A stretch of DNA of 64,000 nt from an uncultured Alphaproteobacteria bacterium (GTDB taxonomy: Bacteria; Pseudomonadota; Alphaproteobacteria; Rhizobiales; Hyphomicrobiaceae). The notes under the pieces were generated by a model. It was not told where the DNA came from. It saw only the letters and a list, made by a program, of their open reading frames with translations, and searched no databases. The DNA lies in contig CAWCHB010000019.1 in the NCBI GenBank assembly GCA_963795225.1, positions 49,981 through 113,980 of the forward strand. Direction: 5' to 3'. Below are positions 32,910 to 44,209 of the stretch, piece by piece; positions within the stretch are counted from its first letter, which is position 1; each line of letters starts with the position of its first letter. Both the position numbers and the translations under genes were made by a program.

Positions 32910-34097
32910 ATGACGGCAGCCCCCGAAGCATTTGACGCCATCATCCTCGGCGCCGGCGCTGCCGGGCTTATGTGCGCGCTCGTCGCCGGACAGCGCGGGC
33001 GCAAGGTGCTCTTGCTCGAGCACACGGACAAGGCCGGCGCCAAGATCCTCATCTCCGGCGGCGGCCGCTGCAATTTCACCAATCTCGCCTCCGCGCCGGA
33101 TCGTTTCCTATCCGGCAACCCGCACTTCTGTACATCGGCACTGCGCCGCTACACGCAGAGAGACTTTATCGAGCTCGTGCGGCGCCACGGGATCGCCTTT
33201 CACGAGAAGACGCTGGGCCAGTTGTTCTGCGATGGCTCGGCGCGCAGCATCGTCGCCATGCTGCTTGCCGAATGTGCAGCCGGGGGGGTCGACGTGAGGC
33301 TCGGCCAAACCGTCAGCGACGTATCGCGGGGGGAGCACTTTGGCGTTGTCACCCCGTCCGGGTCATTCACGGCCCCATCGCTGGTGCTGGCGACCGGCGG
33401 CCTTTCTATCCCGAAGATGGGCGCCACGGGCTTCAGCTACGACGTGGCGCGCCGCTTCGGGTTGCGCGTGACGCAGACGCTGCCGGGACTGGCTCCGCTG
33501 AAGGCAGGTGAAGGCACGACCGGCTTCGATGCGGCGCTGGCCGGCGTCGCGCTGGAAGCCGTCGCAACGTTCGACAAGCAAAGCTTCCGCGAGAACATCC
33601 TTTTCACGCACCGCGGTCTTTCCGGGCCGGCGATCCTGCAAATCTCCTCCTACTGGCGGCCGGGCGAATCTATCTCAATCGACTTGTTGCCGGGCCTCGA
33701 CGCGCGCGCCTTGCTCTTGGACGCCAAGCGTGCGCGGCCTAAGTCCGCGCCGCAAACTGTCCTCGCCGAAGTCATGCCAGCGCGCCTGGCGCAGGCGCTC
33801 ACGGCCGCTGGCCTACCTGCCTGCGAGATGGCCAACATCAGCGACCGTGCGCTCGGCGCCTTCGCGGATGGCTTGCAGCGCTGGCAGTTCCTGCCCGCCG
33901 GAACAGAAGGCTACGCCAAGGCCGAGGTGACCGTCGGCGGCATCGACACGCGCGAACTATCGTCGAAGACGATGGAAGCGCGCGACGTACCGGGCCTCTA
34001 TGCCATCGGCGAGGCCGTCGACGTCACCGGCTGGCTGGGCGGCTATAATTTCCAGTGGGCATGGTCGAGCGGCTGGTCTGCCGGCCAGAGCCTTTGA
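32910..34097 (+). CDS. HI0933/YhiN family flavoprotein
   Basis: GAGAAG, KILISGGGRCNFTN, LFTHRGLSGPA, GWLGGYNFQWAWSSG. Confidence 0.92.
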   Translation: MTAAPEAFDAIILGAGAAGLMCALVAGQRGRKVLLLEHTDKAGAKILISGGGRCNFTNLASAPDRFLSGNPHFCTSALRRYTQRDFIELVRRHGIAFHEKTLGQLFCDGSARSIVAMLLAECAAGGVDVRLGQTVSDVSRGEHFGVVTPSGSFTAPSLVLATGGLSIPKMGATGFSYDVARRFGLRVTQTLPGLAPLKAGEGTTGFDAALAGVALEAVATFDKQSFRENILFTHRGLSGPAILQISSYWRPGESISIDLLPGLDARALLLDAKRARPKSAPQTVLAEVMPARLAQALTAAGLPACEMANISDRALGAFADGLQRWQFLPAGTEGYAKAEVTVGGIDTRELSSKTMEARDVPGLYAIGEAVDVTGWLGGYNFQWAWSSGWSAGQSL

Positions 34098-34107
34098 TGC
34101 ATGCACC

Positions 34108-35299
34108 CTAAACTTGGGCGGGAACCTTGAGCGTGAAGCGCGTCTCGTCGGCGTCCGACGCGGCGCTCAAAGTGCCGCCGTGGGCGCGCGCTATCTCGGC
34201 AGCTATGTACAGCCCGATGCCGAGTCCCCGACGATTGCCGTCTGTTGCCGCCCGATAGAAGGGCTGGAACATGTGCTCCATCACCGCGGCCGGGATCGCC
34301 GCGCCGCCGTTCGCCACCGCCAGCTCAAGTGCGCCGTCTCGGCTGCGCGCGGTGACGCGCACTGTGCCGGTGCCGTGGACAAGGGCGTTGGCGAGCAGGT
34401 TCGACAGAAGCTGCGCGATGCGCGCGGGATCGCAATCGACTGGCCCCTCGAGCTGCATGTCGACGTCGACCGCACGCTCGGGCCAACCGGCGCGCAGCTC
34501 TTCCACGACCTGCATCAATGCCGGCTCCAACGGCTCGCCCTTATCGCGCCGTATGGCGCAGCCCGCCGGCCAGACGCCCACGCGCGAGATCGAGCACGTT
34601 GTCGATCAGGTTGGCCATGCGGAGCACACTCTTCTGCATCAGCGGCAGGATGGTGCCGGCCTTGCCTTCCAGCTTCTCCTTGGCGAGCAGTTTGGCGCCG
34701 GCATCGATCGAAGCCAGCGGGTTGCGCAAGTCGTGGCCCAGCACCGCGATGAACTGCTCGCGCAGCTCCGAGGATTGGCGCTCAGAGAACAGCTCCGCCT
34801 CGCTCATGGCCAGCCGCTCCTGCGCCTCGATCTGGAAGCTGATGAGCTCGGCGAACAGCTTGAACATGTCGACGGTCTGCGCATTCTTGAGCCGCGCCGG
34901 CTTGGGATCGATGGCGCACAGCGTGCCGAAGAACGCGCCGTCGCGACGGTAGATCGGCATCGAGATGTAGCTCTGGAAACCGTACAGCGCCGGCGTCGGG
35001 TGGCCGCAAAAGTCGTCGTCCTCGGCGACGTGGTCGATGACGACGGCGTTGCCGCTGGCGCGGATCGCGTCGCATATCGTCGTCTCGACCTTCAGCTCGC
35101 CGCCCGGCTGCAGACCGAAAGCGATTTCATCGCGCACGGCACAGGCGATCCAGCGGTCCTCGGTGACCCGCGCGACGGCGGCGAAACCCATGCCGGTGGT
35201 GCGGCAGCAAACCTCGAGAATGGTCGGCACCGCGTCGATGCCCGAGATCAACGCTACGTCGTCCTGCAGTGACCGGCCATTCTCGGTACTATCGTTCAT
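34108..35299 (-). CDS. GAF-sensor histidine kinase; frameshift near 34570
   Basis: GAF (GTLCAIDP), H-box GHDLRNPL, N-box NLLANAL.HG, G2 GLGIGL in two overlapping frames. Confidence 0.85.
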
Positions 35300-35403
35300 C
35301 GGGACGTTCGGTTGTCCTCGGGAGTAGAGGCCTTGCGGGGTGGGCTGTGGAAATAGCATTGTGTTGAGAACGCCCACCCTCTGCCCCGGGATCCCCTGGC
35401 CTC

Positions 35404-35790
35404 ATGACCGCTGACGAGCAGGCTATCCGCGAGCTGATCGCCACCTGGATGCGGGCCAGCATTGCCGGGGACACCGATACGGTCCTCAGCCTGATGACCG
35501 ACGACGCTGTGTTCCTGGTCGCCGGGCAGGAACCGTTCGGCAAGACGGCTTTCGCCGCCGCAGCCGATCGCATGCGCGGCATGCGCCTGGAAGGCTCTGC
35601 AGAGGTTCGCGAGCTACAGGTGCAAGGCGACCTGGCGTTTTCCCGCACCTATCTGCAGGTGACAATGAAGCCAGCTTCAGCGGAGCGAGCCGTTCGGCGG
35701 CAAGGATACGCCATGACGATCTTCCGCAAAGGCCCCGATGGCCTATGGCGACTGGCGCGCGACGCCAATCTGATGGCCACAGTCGGATAG
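35404..35790 (+). CDS. SgcJ/EcaC (NTF2-like, DUF4440) family protein
   Basis: DEQAIRELIATW, LMTDDAVFL, WRLARDANL. Confidence 0.85.
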   Translation: MTADEQAIRELIATWMRASIAGDTDTVLSLMTDDAVFLVAGQEPFGKTAFAAAADRMRGMRLEGSAEVRELQVQGDLAFSRTYLQVTMKPASAERAVRRQGYAMTIFRKGPDGLWRLARDANLMATVG

Positions 35791-35810
35791 CACTCACGAC
35801 GGAGGAGTGA

Positions 35811-36060
35811 ATGGCGGAAGTCTGCACGCACCTCGACGCCATCCGCGACGTCACCCCAGCGCCGACGGCTGCGAGGAATGCCTGAAGATGGGCGCCGAGT
35901 GGGTGCACCTGCGCATGTGCCTGACGTGCGGCCACGTCGGCTGCTGCGATAACTCTCGCTACAAGCACGCGACCAAGCACTATCCACCGGCAGCAAGCAC
36001 CCGATCATGCGCTCGATCGAGCCGGGCGAGGATTGGATGTGGTGCTCTATCCGCTGCGAC
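35811..36060 (+). pseudogene. UBP-type zinc-finger protein, frameshifted and 3'-degenerate
   Basis: MAEVCTHLDAIRDVTP / GCEECLKMG..WVHLRMCLTCGHVGCCD..HATKH / HPIMRSIEPGEDWMW across frames. Confidence 0.75.
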
Positions 36061-36256
36061 ACGAGCGGACTGGCGTGCTGGCCTGGCATCGAGTTGCGTC
36101 CGGCAATGCAGCGCCACACCGCACTGGCGTTCAGCGCGACGCCCCTCGAGTTGCAGGAACGAACGTGAACCGTGCCTGTCAAAATCGTAACTTTTCAGGC
36201 GCGGAAAATCATGGCAGCCTGACCGCATCGTTCAACAGCTGGAAGGAGGTGATCCG

Positions 36257-36334
36257 ATGTCGAGTGGGATCTTGAGGACGGCGATGTCGCGGTCGCTCAG
36301 GTTCATGCCGGATTTGCCTCTGGTCTGCGCCTGA
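36257..36334 (+). CDS. Candidate 25-aa small protein MSSGILRTAMSRSLRFMPDLPLVCA
   Basis: AAGGAGGTGATCC at 36243-36255 immediately before ATG; terminator downstream. Confidence 0.45.
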   Translation: MSSGILRTAMSRSLRFMPDLPLVCA

Positions 36335-36386
36335 AGCAACAGCGGCGCAGCGCGACAACCGCTGCAATCGCCGCCGATATCTCACG

Positions 36387-36418
36387 GAGGCCGCCCACTG
36401 GGCGGCCTCTTTGTTTTT
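36387..36418 (+). terminator. Intrinsic terminator
   Basis: GAGGCCGCCCA-C-TGGGCGGCCTC followed by TTTGTTTTT. Confidence 0.75.
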
Positions 36419-36516
36419 GGGGCCAGATCTTCGATAAGCGGCCAATTGGTCCGCGGCCTTGTCCCGCCGATGGCGGCTGCCTAGATGCTTCGACGAACAT
36501 CTAAATGGAGGGTCGT

Positions 36517-37623
36517 ATGCCGCAATCGAACGCTGTAGCAGCCACCACGTCGGACCTCTTCGATCCGGTGCAGCTTGGTCCCTTTGAGCTTGCCAACCGC
36601 ATCGTCATGGCGCCGCTGACCCGCTCGCGCGCCGATGACGCGGGTGTGCCGGGCGAACTGCAGGCGACTTACTACAGCCAGCGCGCCTCCGCCGGCCTGA
36701 TCATCACGGAAGCGACGAACATCAGCGCGCAGGGCAAGGGCTACATCCGCACGCCCGGCATCTGGACGCCCGAGCAGGTGGAAGGCTGGAAGCTGACGAC
36801 CAAGGCGGTGCACGCCAAGGGCGGTCGCATCTTCCTGCAACTGTGGCACGTGGGACGCGTATCGCATCCCGACCTGCAGCCGGGCGGCGTACTTCCGGTG
36901 GCTCCCAGCGCCGTCCGCGCCGAAGGGCAGCAGGCCTACACGTATGACGGCTTCAAGCCGCTCGAGACACCGCGGGCGCTGGAGACCGCCGAGATCCCCG
37001 GCATCGTCGCCGACTATGCGCACGCGGCGCAGTGCGCCAAGGAAGCGGGCTTCGACGGCGTCGAGATCCACTCGGCCAACGGCTATCTGCTGCAGCAGTT
37101 CCTCTCCGACAAGACCAACAAGCGAACGGACCAATACGGCGGTTCGATCGAGAACCGCACGCGCATCGTCGTCGAAGTCGTCAAGGCGGTGACGAATGTG
37201 TGGGGCGGCGATCGCGTCGGCATCCGCCTATCGCCGCTCACCCGATTTGCCGACATCGGCGATTCAAACCCCGAGCCGGTCTATCTGTCGCTGATCGAGC
37301 AGATCAATCCCTACAAGCTCGCCTACATCCATGTCATCGAGGGCGACACAGGCGGTGAGCGGCATCCCGCCGGCGGCTTCGATCTGCAGAAGCTGCGCCA
37401 CGCCTTCAACGGTCTCTACATGGCCAACAACAACTATGACCTGGAGCTCGCCATCGAGGCGCGCGCGACGAACCTCGCCGACCTCATTTGCTTCGGGCGC
37501 CCGTTCATTTCCAACCCGGACCTCGTGGAGCGGCTGCGCTCAGGTGCGCCGCTGGCCACGCCCGACCAAGCCACGTTCTACGCGGGCGACGCGCAGGGCT
37601 ATATCGATTATCCGGCCCTGTGA
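36517..37623 (+). CDS. Alkene reductase (old yellow enzyme, NemA-like)
   Basis: NRIVMAPLTRSRA, QLWHVGR, VEIHSANGYL, GRPFISNPDL. Confidence 0.93.
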   Translation: MPQSNAVAATTSDLFDPVQLGPFELANRIVMAPLTRSRADDAGVPGELQATYYSQRASAGLIITEATNISAQGKGYIRTPGIWTPEQVEGWKLTTKAVHAKGGRIFLQLWHVGRVSHPDLQPGGVLPVAPSAVRAEGQQAYTYDGFKPLETPRALETAEIPGIVADYAHAAQCAKEAGFDGVEIHSANGYLLQQFLSDKTNKRTDQYGGSIENRTRIVVEVVKAVTNVWGGDRVGIRLSPLTRFADIGDSNPEPVYLSLIEQINPYKLAYIHVIEGDTGGERHPAGGFDLQKLRHAFNGLYMANNNYDLELAIEARATNLADLICFGRPFISNPDLVERLRSGAPLATPDQATFYAGDAQGYIDYPAL

Positions 37624-37942
37624 GCACACTCTCCGTTGCCTTGGGCTTGGCCATCGATCGCGCGCCACAGACCAAATTGGCTTCGTTCTGCCAATTCCAA
37701 TAATCCTCCGTATACGGAGTATTATGGGCTTTGAATCAAGTCCCAGGGGAGTCCGATAGTGAGCGTCGCCGTGATGATGCTTTGCTCAGATCGAAGCCGC
37801 CGTCACAGAGCCGCCAGATCAAGCGGCCCCGCCAACCTTGTGGAGACACAATAGCGCTTGCATCGCTTCGCCCGTGTGGCGCTCGCGCTGACCCTGTTGG
37901 GTGAGGCGAATAAGGGCATTCAGCTCCGCTTCCGGCTCCACC

Positions 37943-39224
37943 TGGCCTGCCCCTCATCACGATACCAAGCTCTAAGTTAGAACCCGGCCGTGGTCGGCCA
38001 GCATCTGGGCTGGCCGCAGCGGAGCGTAGGGCAGACCAGATGCTGGCGGCAAGATCGCTTCTGGAGCCGGTGGCCGGTAGCCAAGGGACGAGTGCGGGCG
38101 GATAGCATTGTAATGGCGTCTCCAGTTCTCGATCAGCACTTGCGGCCTCCCGCATTGTCGTAAAGATCTCACCGTTTAGTAGCTCGTCTCTGAGCTTGGA
38201 GTTCAGGCTCTCGCAGTAGCCGTTCTCCCAAGGGCTGCCGGGCTCGATGTAGATCGTCTTGACGCCGAGCCGGCCGAGCCATTCGCGCACGTTGATGGCG
38301 ATGAACACGGGGCCGTTGTCTGATCTGATGTGCTCGGGTGGACCGTGGGTAACGAAGAGATCGGCCAAGCAGTGGAGCACGTCATCGGATCTCAGCCGTC
38401 TGGCAACGATGATCGCCAGGCACCGCCGCGTGAACTCGTCGAGCACGACCAGCATGCGGAAGGCGCGTCCGTCCTGGGTGCGGTCCTGGACGAAGTCGTA
38501 GGACCAGACGTGGTTTGGACGCTCAGGCCGGAGACGGACGCATGACCCATCATTGAGCCATAGCCGGCCCCGCTTCGGTTGCTTCATTGGGATTTTGAGC
38601 CCTTCCCGGCGCCAGATGCGATAGACGCGTTTGACGTTGACCCGCCAGCCTTCGGCAACCAGCATCTCGCGGATGCGGCGGTAGCCGTAGCGGCCGTACT
38701 GCGTGGCGAGCCGCACGATGTCAGCCGTCAGCGCTGCTTCGTCGTCAGGCGTCTTCAGATGCCGCCTCTGCGTCGCGCGCGGCTGTCCGACGACAGTACA
38801 CGCGCGACGCTCCGAGACATCCAAGCGCGAACGGACGCGCGCGACGCACGCCCGCTTGCGAGAAGGGCTTAGTATTTTCCCTCGAGAGCTTCCTTCAGGA
38901 TCAGCTTGTCAAGCGTCAGCTCGGACACCGCCCTTTTTAGACGATCGTTCTCGCGTTCGAGATCCTTGAAGCGCTTGGCCTGATCAAGCTTCAGGCCGCC
39001 GTACTCACGCCGCCAGCGATAGTAGCTCTGTTGCGAGACGCCGATGCCCCGACACACCGTGCCGATCGGCTGCCCCTGGCTCAACCGAACCTCAGCTTCC
39101 CGCAGAAGCCCGATGATCTGTTCAGTCGTAAACCGCTTCCGTGCCATTCCCTCATCTCCTCAATCGAGGTTGGAAATAGCCGGATTCGCTCAATCAACCT
39201 GGTATCGGTTCAGGGGAGCAGCCA
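37943..39224 (-). mobile_element. IS3-family insertion sequence (orfA 38869..39147, orfB about 37972..38872)
   Basis: orfA HTH (YYRWRREYGG); orfB DDE (WSYDF, SDNG, PWENGYCES); imperfect IRs TGGCCTGCCCCTCATCACGATACCA vs revcomp TGGCTGCTCCCCTGAACCGATACCA; extra frameshift near 38145. Confidence 0.9.
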
Positions 39225-39344
39225 GCCATTATTTGTCAAAAATCAAGAAGCAGCTGAGCTCGCCACGCTGACCCGCCCTAAGCGATGGTGGTCACGCAGC
39301 TTCGGCGTGTCCGCAACCCAAAGGGACGTGCGGGCCAACGATGA

Positions 39345-39470
39345 GTGCTGCTAGGCCATCCGGGTGGTCTCTGGGCGAAGAAGGATGAAGCGGCGTGCCA
39401 AGGGTCTGATCAGCCCCAGCGAGACTCCGCTCGCCGCAACGCGCCGCGAGTTCGCGGAAGAGACCGGTTA
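39345..39470 (+). pseudogene. NUDIX hydrolase remnant
   Basis: LLGHPGG.WAKKDE then, in another frame, ETPLAATRREFAEETG Nudix box. Confidence 0.6.
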
Positions 39471-39769
39471 TCGGCGGCGCGGAAATCGAACGGCCCGGAC
39501 GGGGTAAGTCATCCGGGCCGAGGGAATCGCTTCACCCGTTTGTGCGAACGGATTCAGCAGTTGCCTAGGTAGCAGGCGCCTGCTGTCCAAGGCATCTCAA
39601 ATCCGGAGCTGGAAATAAGTTTTAGCCCCCGCGTTGCGGGCGCGTCACACGGAAATGACAGCCGCCATACGAGAGACTGCCGCACGGCATCCAGAGTTGC
39701 GGGATTCACCAGCACTTGTTCCGGCAGCAAACTTGGCGTCGTGATGTTGAGTGTTGCCATAAGCGTAAT

Positions 39770-39855
39770 CTGGCCGAAGCCGGCGATCTGCGCCGGTTCC
39801 GCCATCATCGTCAGTCTTCTGCGGCCTCGACCTCGCAACCTATAAGTCCGGCCAC
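39770..39855 (+). mobile_element. IS110-family transposase fragment
   Basis: LAEAGDLRRFRHHRQ / FCGLDLATYKSG. Confidence 0.6.
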
Positions 39856-40130
39856 TCGATGACCTCCGGGAACTTCTCGATGACGCATAGGGATTGCACG
39901 CAGGGATTGCGCAAGACGCTCGCCCCCGTGTAGTCGAGGCCGATGACCACCGACGGCTACGTCGGGCCTGCCAGAAACGAGGGCCTGTAAACTCAACTCG
40001 CGCGGTTTCTCTCGGTAAAGAGGCTCTACATCAGGTCAGAAAATGCAAATCAAAGTTGCGGCCAAAACTCAACACCCGATAAACGGCTTGAAGATAACTT
40101 TACCCGGTGTAGGTCCTTTGGATTAGCGGC

Positions 40131-40532
40131 ATGGGAACGCAAAAATACACTCTGCGCATACTCCTCGTCGAAGACGATGCAGCTATCCGACGGCTTACAA
40201 GTTGCGCCCTTCGGCACGCAGGCTTTGATGTTGTGGAAGCTTGTAATGCCGACGAAGGGGTCGCCCGCATCGGCGACGTCACCATCGACGCCATCATCAC
40301 GGACGTGGAAATGCCCGGTACGCTCGACGGATATGACCTTGCGTGGCGCGCGCACTTCCAGCGGCCAGCGGCGCCTGTTTTTGTCGTGTCGGGAAGTATC
40401 AATTCACATCGGCGAGAACTGCCGCCTCTCGCCCGCTTCTTTGACAAGCCTGTTGAACCCTGCCTCCTCGTAGCCCAACTGCACAGTGCTCTCAAATCCA
40501 CTGAGCCGCAGTCCTCGCGGGCCGTCGCATAG
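40131..40532 (+). CDS. Single-domain response regulator
   Basis: ILLVEDD, IITDVEMPG, VVSG, FFDKP. Confidence 0.88.
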   Translation: MGTQKYTLRILLVEDDAAIRRLTSCALRHAGFDVVEACNADEGVARIGDVTIDAIITDVEMPGTLDGYDLAWRAHFQRPAAPVFVVSGSINSHRRELPPLARFFDKPVEPCLLVAQLHSALKSTEPQSSRAVA

Positions 40533-40626
40533 CGTCTTCCAGGCGCTTGGCATCAGGGTATGCCCACACCCGCACCATCGCGAGACGAGATGTATAGCGA
40601 GCTGTCAAGGTTGCGCTTGGCGCCCA

Positions 40627-41748
40627 TCAGGATGCCGCCCGCGCGCTGCCGACACGTAACGTGGCGCCGCAGCCCGTTATCACGGCTTTGATTTCGGTGG
40701 CCGGGACCGGCTTGCTGAAATAGAAGCCCTGCACCTCTTCGCAACCCGCAAGGGTAACGGTGTCCAACTGATCTGCCGTCTCGACGCCTTCGGCCACGGT
40801 GCTCATCTGCATCTGCTTTGCGAGCCCCGCTACCGCCTGGATGATGGCGAGGCACTCCTTGCGCTTCGCGTTGTCGAGGTCGGCAATGAACGTACGATCG
40901 ATCTTGATCTTATCGAAAGGAAAGCTGCGCAAATAGCTGAGCGAGGCGTAAGCCGTACCGAAATCATCGAGCGCGAATTTGACGCCGAGCGACCGCAGCT
41001 TGTGCAGCAGCTTATGCGTGTTTGCGTCATCACGTAGCAGCACGCTCTCCGTGATCTCCAGCTCCAAGCGATCGGGGCTGAGCCCGGAAAAGCTAAGCGC
41101 ATCTTTGATATCTTTGTAGAGGTCGCCTTGTTCAAACTGCACGGAGGAGAGGTTGACGGTGACCTTGATGTGCTCCGGCCACGTCGCGGCCTCCTGGCAG
41201 GCCTGCTTGAGCGCCCACGCTCCCATCTCCACGATCAGGCCGGTTTGCTCGGCGAGCGGAATGAACGTGCTGGGCGGAACCATACCCAGCAACGGATGAT
41301 GCCAGCGCATCAGGGCTTCAAACCCCGCGACCTCGTTCTTCTGCAGCTCGACAACCGGCTGGTAATAGAGTTCAAGCTGCCGCTCGGCGATCGCCGAGCG
41401 GAGGTCACCCTCCATACTCCACTGCTGCGCCATCTTCTGATCCAGCTCGGATTGGAAGAAAGCATAGTTGCCCCGACCGGAGGCTTTCGCGCGATAGAGG
41501 GCGAGGTCGGCATTCTTCAAAAGTTCGTCAGCATCACGCCCCTGGCTTGGCGCGAGGACGATACCAATGCTCGCGCCGACGCTCACTTTGCGTCCGAGCA
41601 CGTGATGGGGCTCGCCGATGGCGCGCAGCACACGTTTGGCTAACTTTGCCGCTTGCGTTTCGGTCGTGACACCAGATTGGATGATAGCGAATTCGTCGCC
41701 GCCGAGCCTCGCGACGACATCGGGCCCGCGCAGGATACTTCCCGACAT
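40627..41748 (-). pseudogene. 5'-truncated GGDEF-EAL protein
   Basis: Starts just before RLGGDEF; intact EAL domain (FEALMRW, DDFGT, KIDRTF, AEGVET). Confidence 0.75.
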
Positions 41749-41767
41749 CCATCATTCGGCCGACGGC

Positions 41768-43971
41768 TCAGACGCTTTCAAGCACTTCGATCGTCGCTTC
41801 GCTCTCGTTTGCCAAAATGCAGAGTTCAGGCTTGGCGCCATGCCCGTTTGTGAGACGTAGCGACACGGGGGCATCGCCAACCGCGACGTTCGTCAGTTCC
41901 ACATGACCGAGCCATTCGGGAATTGACGGCCCAGTGAATCGCAGTATGCGGCGGCGTCCATCGATTTCCAATCCGAGCATCGACTGCAGCAAATAGAACA
42001 GAGCACCGCTGGCCCACGCTTGTGGCGAGCATGCCACCGGATATAGCACAGGCGGACGCCCGCGACGGCGCGGGAAGCCACAGAACAATTCTGGCAAGCG
42101 ATGCTGGTCCATGAGCATGGCGCAGTCGAGCAGCGCTTTGAGGAGCCGACCAACACCATCCCGCCGCCCGCAAGCCCCCAGACCTGCCGCGATGAGTGCG
42201 TTGTCGTGCGGCCAGATGGAACCGTTGTGGTAGGACATCGGATTGTAGCGGATCGCGCTGTCGGCAACTGTGCGTATGCCCCAGCCCGAAAACAGCCGCG
42301 GCGACATCATCAAGTCAGCCACCGAGCGCGGCGTGTTGTTCGCCGGCAATACCGGAGCGCAGGACTTGGCCAGCGTTGCTCGCCGCCACGAGGCAGGGGC
42401 GTTTCAGGCCGTCGAGGGCGAGCGCATAGCTGCCGAGTTCGTCCGACCAGAATGCCCCCTCGAAACCGCTCCTAAGGCTCTGGGCCTGTTGGGCTAGCTC
42501 CTGCGCGCGGTGATCCAATCCCAGGTGACGCGCAAGCAGTGCGGCAAGCATTCTGGCCTCGTAGCTGTAGGCCTGAACCTCCACCAGGGCCACCGGCCCC
42601 GTGCAGAGTGTGCCGTCGGCGTGGAATATGGAATCGCCCGCGTCCTTCCAGCCCTGATTTACCAAGCCCGAAGGGGCCGCACGGTAGTACTCGATGAAGC
42701 CATCGCCATCGCGATCTCCATAGGTGTCCATCCAGCGCAAGGCCGCCTCGATATTCGGCCACAGCTCACGCATGAGCTGATCATCGCCCGTGCGCTGCCA
42801 GTAAAGGCCTGCGAGCACCACGAACAGCGGGGTCGAGTCTACGCTGCCGTAATACGCCCCGAACGGCACCTCCTTCAGCGCTGCCATCTCGCCACGGCGC
42901 ATCTCATGCAGGATCTTGCCGGGCTCGGCATCGGAATCAGGATCGCAGGCGGTCGCCTGATGGGCCGCGAGGAAATCGGAGGACGCCGCGTGCCATCTCG
43001 GGATAGATCCACAGCATTTCAAGCGCGGTGATCAGTCCGTCGCGTCCAAAAACGGTCGAGAACCAAGGTACGCCGGCGTAGGGATAGAGGCCGCCGTCGG
43101 TCTGCGTCATTAATAGCGTGAGGTCGGCCGCCGACCGGCGCAGCGCCATGTTGAGATCGTCGCAACCGGTGTCGACGCCGCACCAGCCCACCTTCTTGGC
43201 AAACGCGCGACGCGCGCCGAGCAGGCCAGCGAGGAAGCTCCGTCGCTCACGCTTGGCGTCGTGCACTGAATCCAGGCCGACAGTTATATCGACAATCACT
43301 CGGCTCTTGCTCGCCAATGAGAAAGCGTACGTCGCCCTGGTGCCGTTGAGCGATTTTGGCGGCTCGGAGAAGGTGACTCGCGTCGCCCGCCGAGCGCCAT
43401 CCAGACCGACGTAGCCGATGACAATCTCGGCAGGCCCGACCGTCTCATGCTCCCGAGCCCCTCTCCGGGCGCGGGTAATACCGCGTACTTCGAAAATGTC
43501 GGCGAAGTCATTGTCGAAACTGAAGGCGACCGGCAGCTCGATCTTGGTCTGTCCGTAGTTGCTTAGCATCACGCGCTGCCGCAGCCCTGTGGTGTGTACA
43601 TAGAGCGTCCGTTCGATGTGAACCTGGTCCTTGGGCAGGACGAGTTGGCCATTGCGGAAGACATCGGGATTGGTCAGGTCTGCGTGAACGTAGGTACCGT
43701 CTTGTGCTAGACTAGACCCCAGCAAAAGGGGGTCGACGCCCATGACTGTCATGCGCAGATGCGAAAGATATCGCGTGTCGGCATGGAATAGGCCGTCAGA
43801 ACCGGCGCCGTCGGCATTGACGTCGCCGTGCGAGTCGATAACGGCAAACGTGTCGTCTGCCTTGAGGGCATAGCGCTGCCGGGCACTGGACTCGGATGCC
43901 GCAATGTCGAAGCGCTCGTCCGCTTCAGCGGCGGCTTCGATTGGTCCCCCTTTGCGCCGCGTTTCGGACAT
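41768..43971 (-). CDS. Amylo-alpha-1,6-glucosidase/glycogen-debranching family; two frameshifts (about 42970, 42340)
   Basis: AGVPWFSTVFGRDG, EPGKILHE, YYGSVDSTPLF, NQGWKD, YHNGSIWPHDN, ACSPQAW. Confidence 0.9.
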
Positions 43972-44120
43972 CGAGTCCTCCTCAACCGATGGCCCTGACG
44001 GCTGAACGGTGTCTCATGCCAGCTTAAATGACCCGCCGGACCCGCGCGAGCCCTGCCAGGGGTTATGCGGGCAACGCTGTGTTAAGCACGGTTGCGTATT
44101 GCGAATGTGCGGATGTCACG

Positions 44121-44145
44121 GGAACGTTGTGGGCCCTGTGCCGTT
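44121..44145 (+). promoter_or_regulatory. EcfG (general stress sigma) promoter
   Basis: GGAAC-N16-CGTT upstream of the GT4 gene. Confidence 0.65.
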
Positions 44146-44209
44146 AAGCGCCTAGCCCGCGGTGTCGCCGCGGGTTATTGCGCGTGCCATGCATGGAGGT
44201 CCCACGCCG

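Noticed and set aside
36243-36255. 16S rRNA 3'-end fragment on the minus strand
   Set aside because: Flanks do not resemble 16S; better read as an extended Shine-Dalgarno
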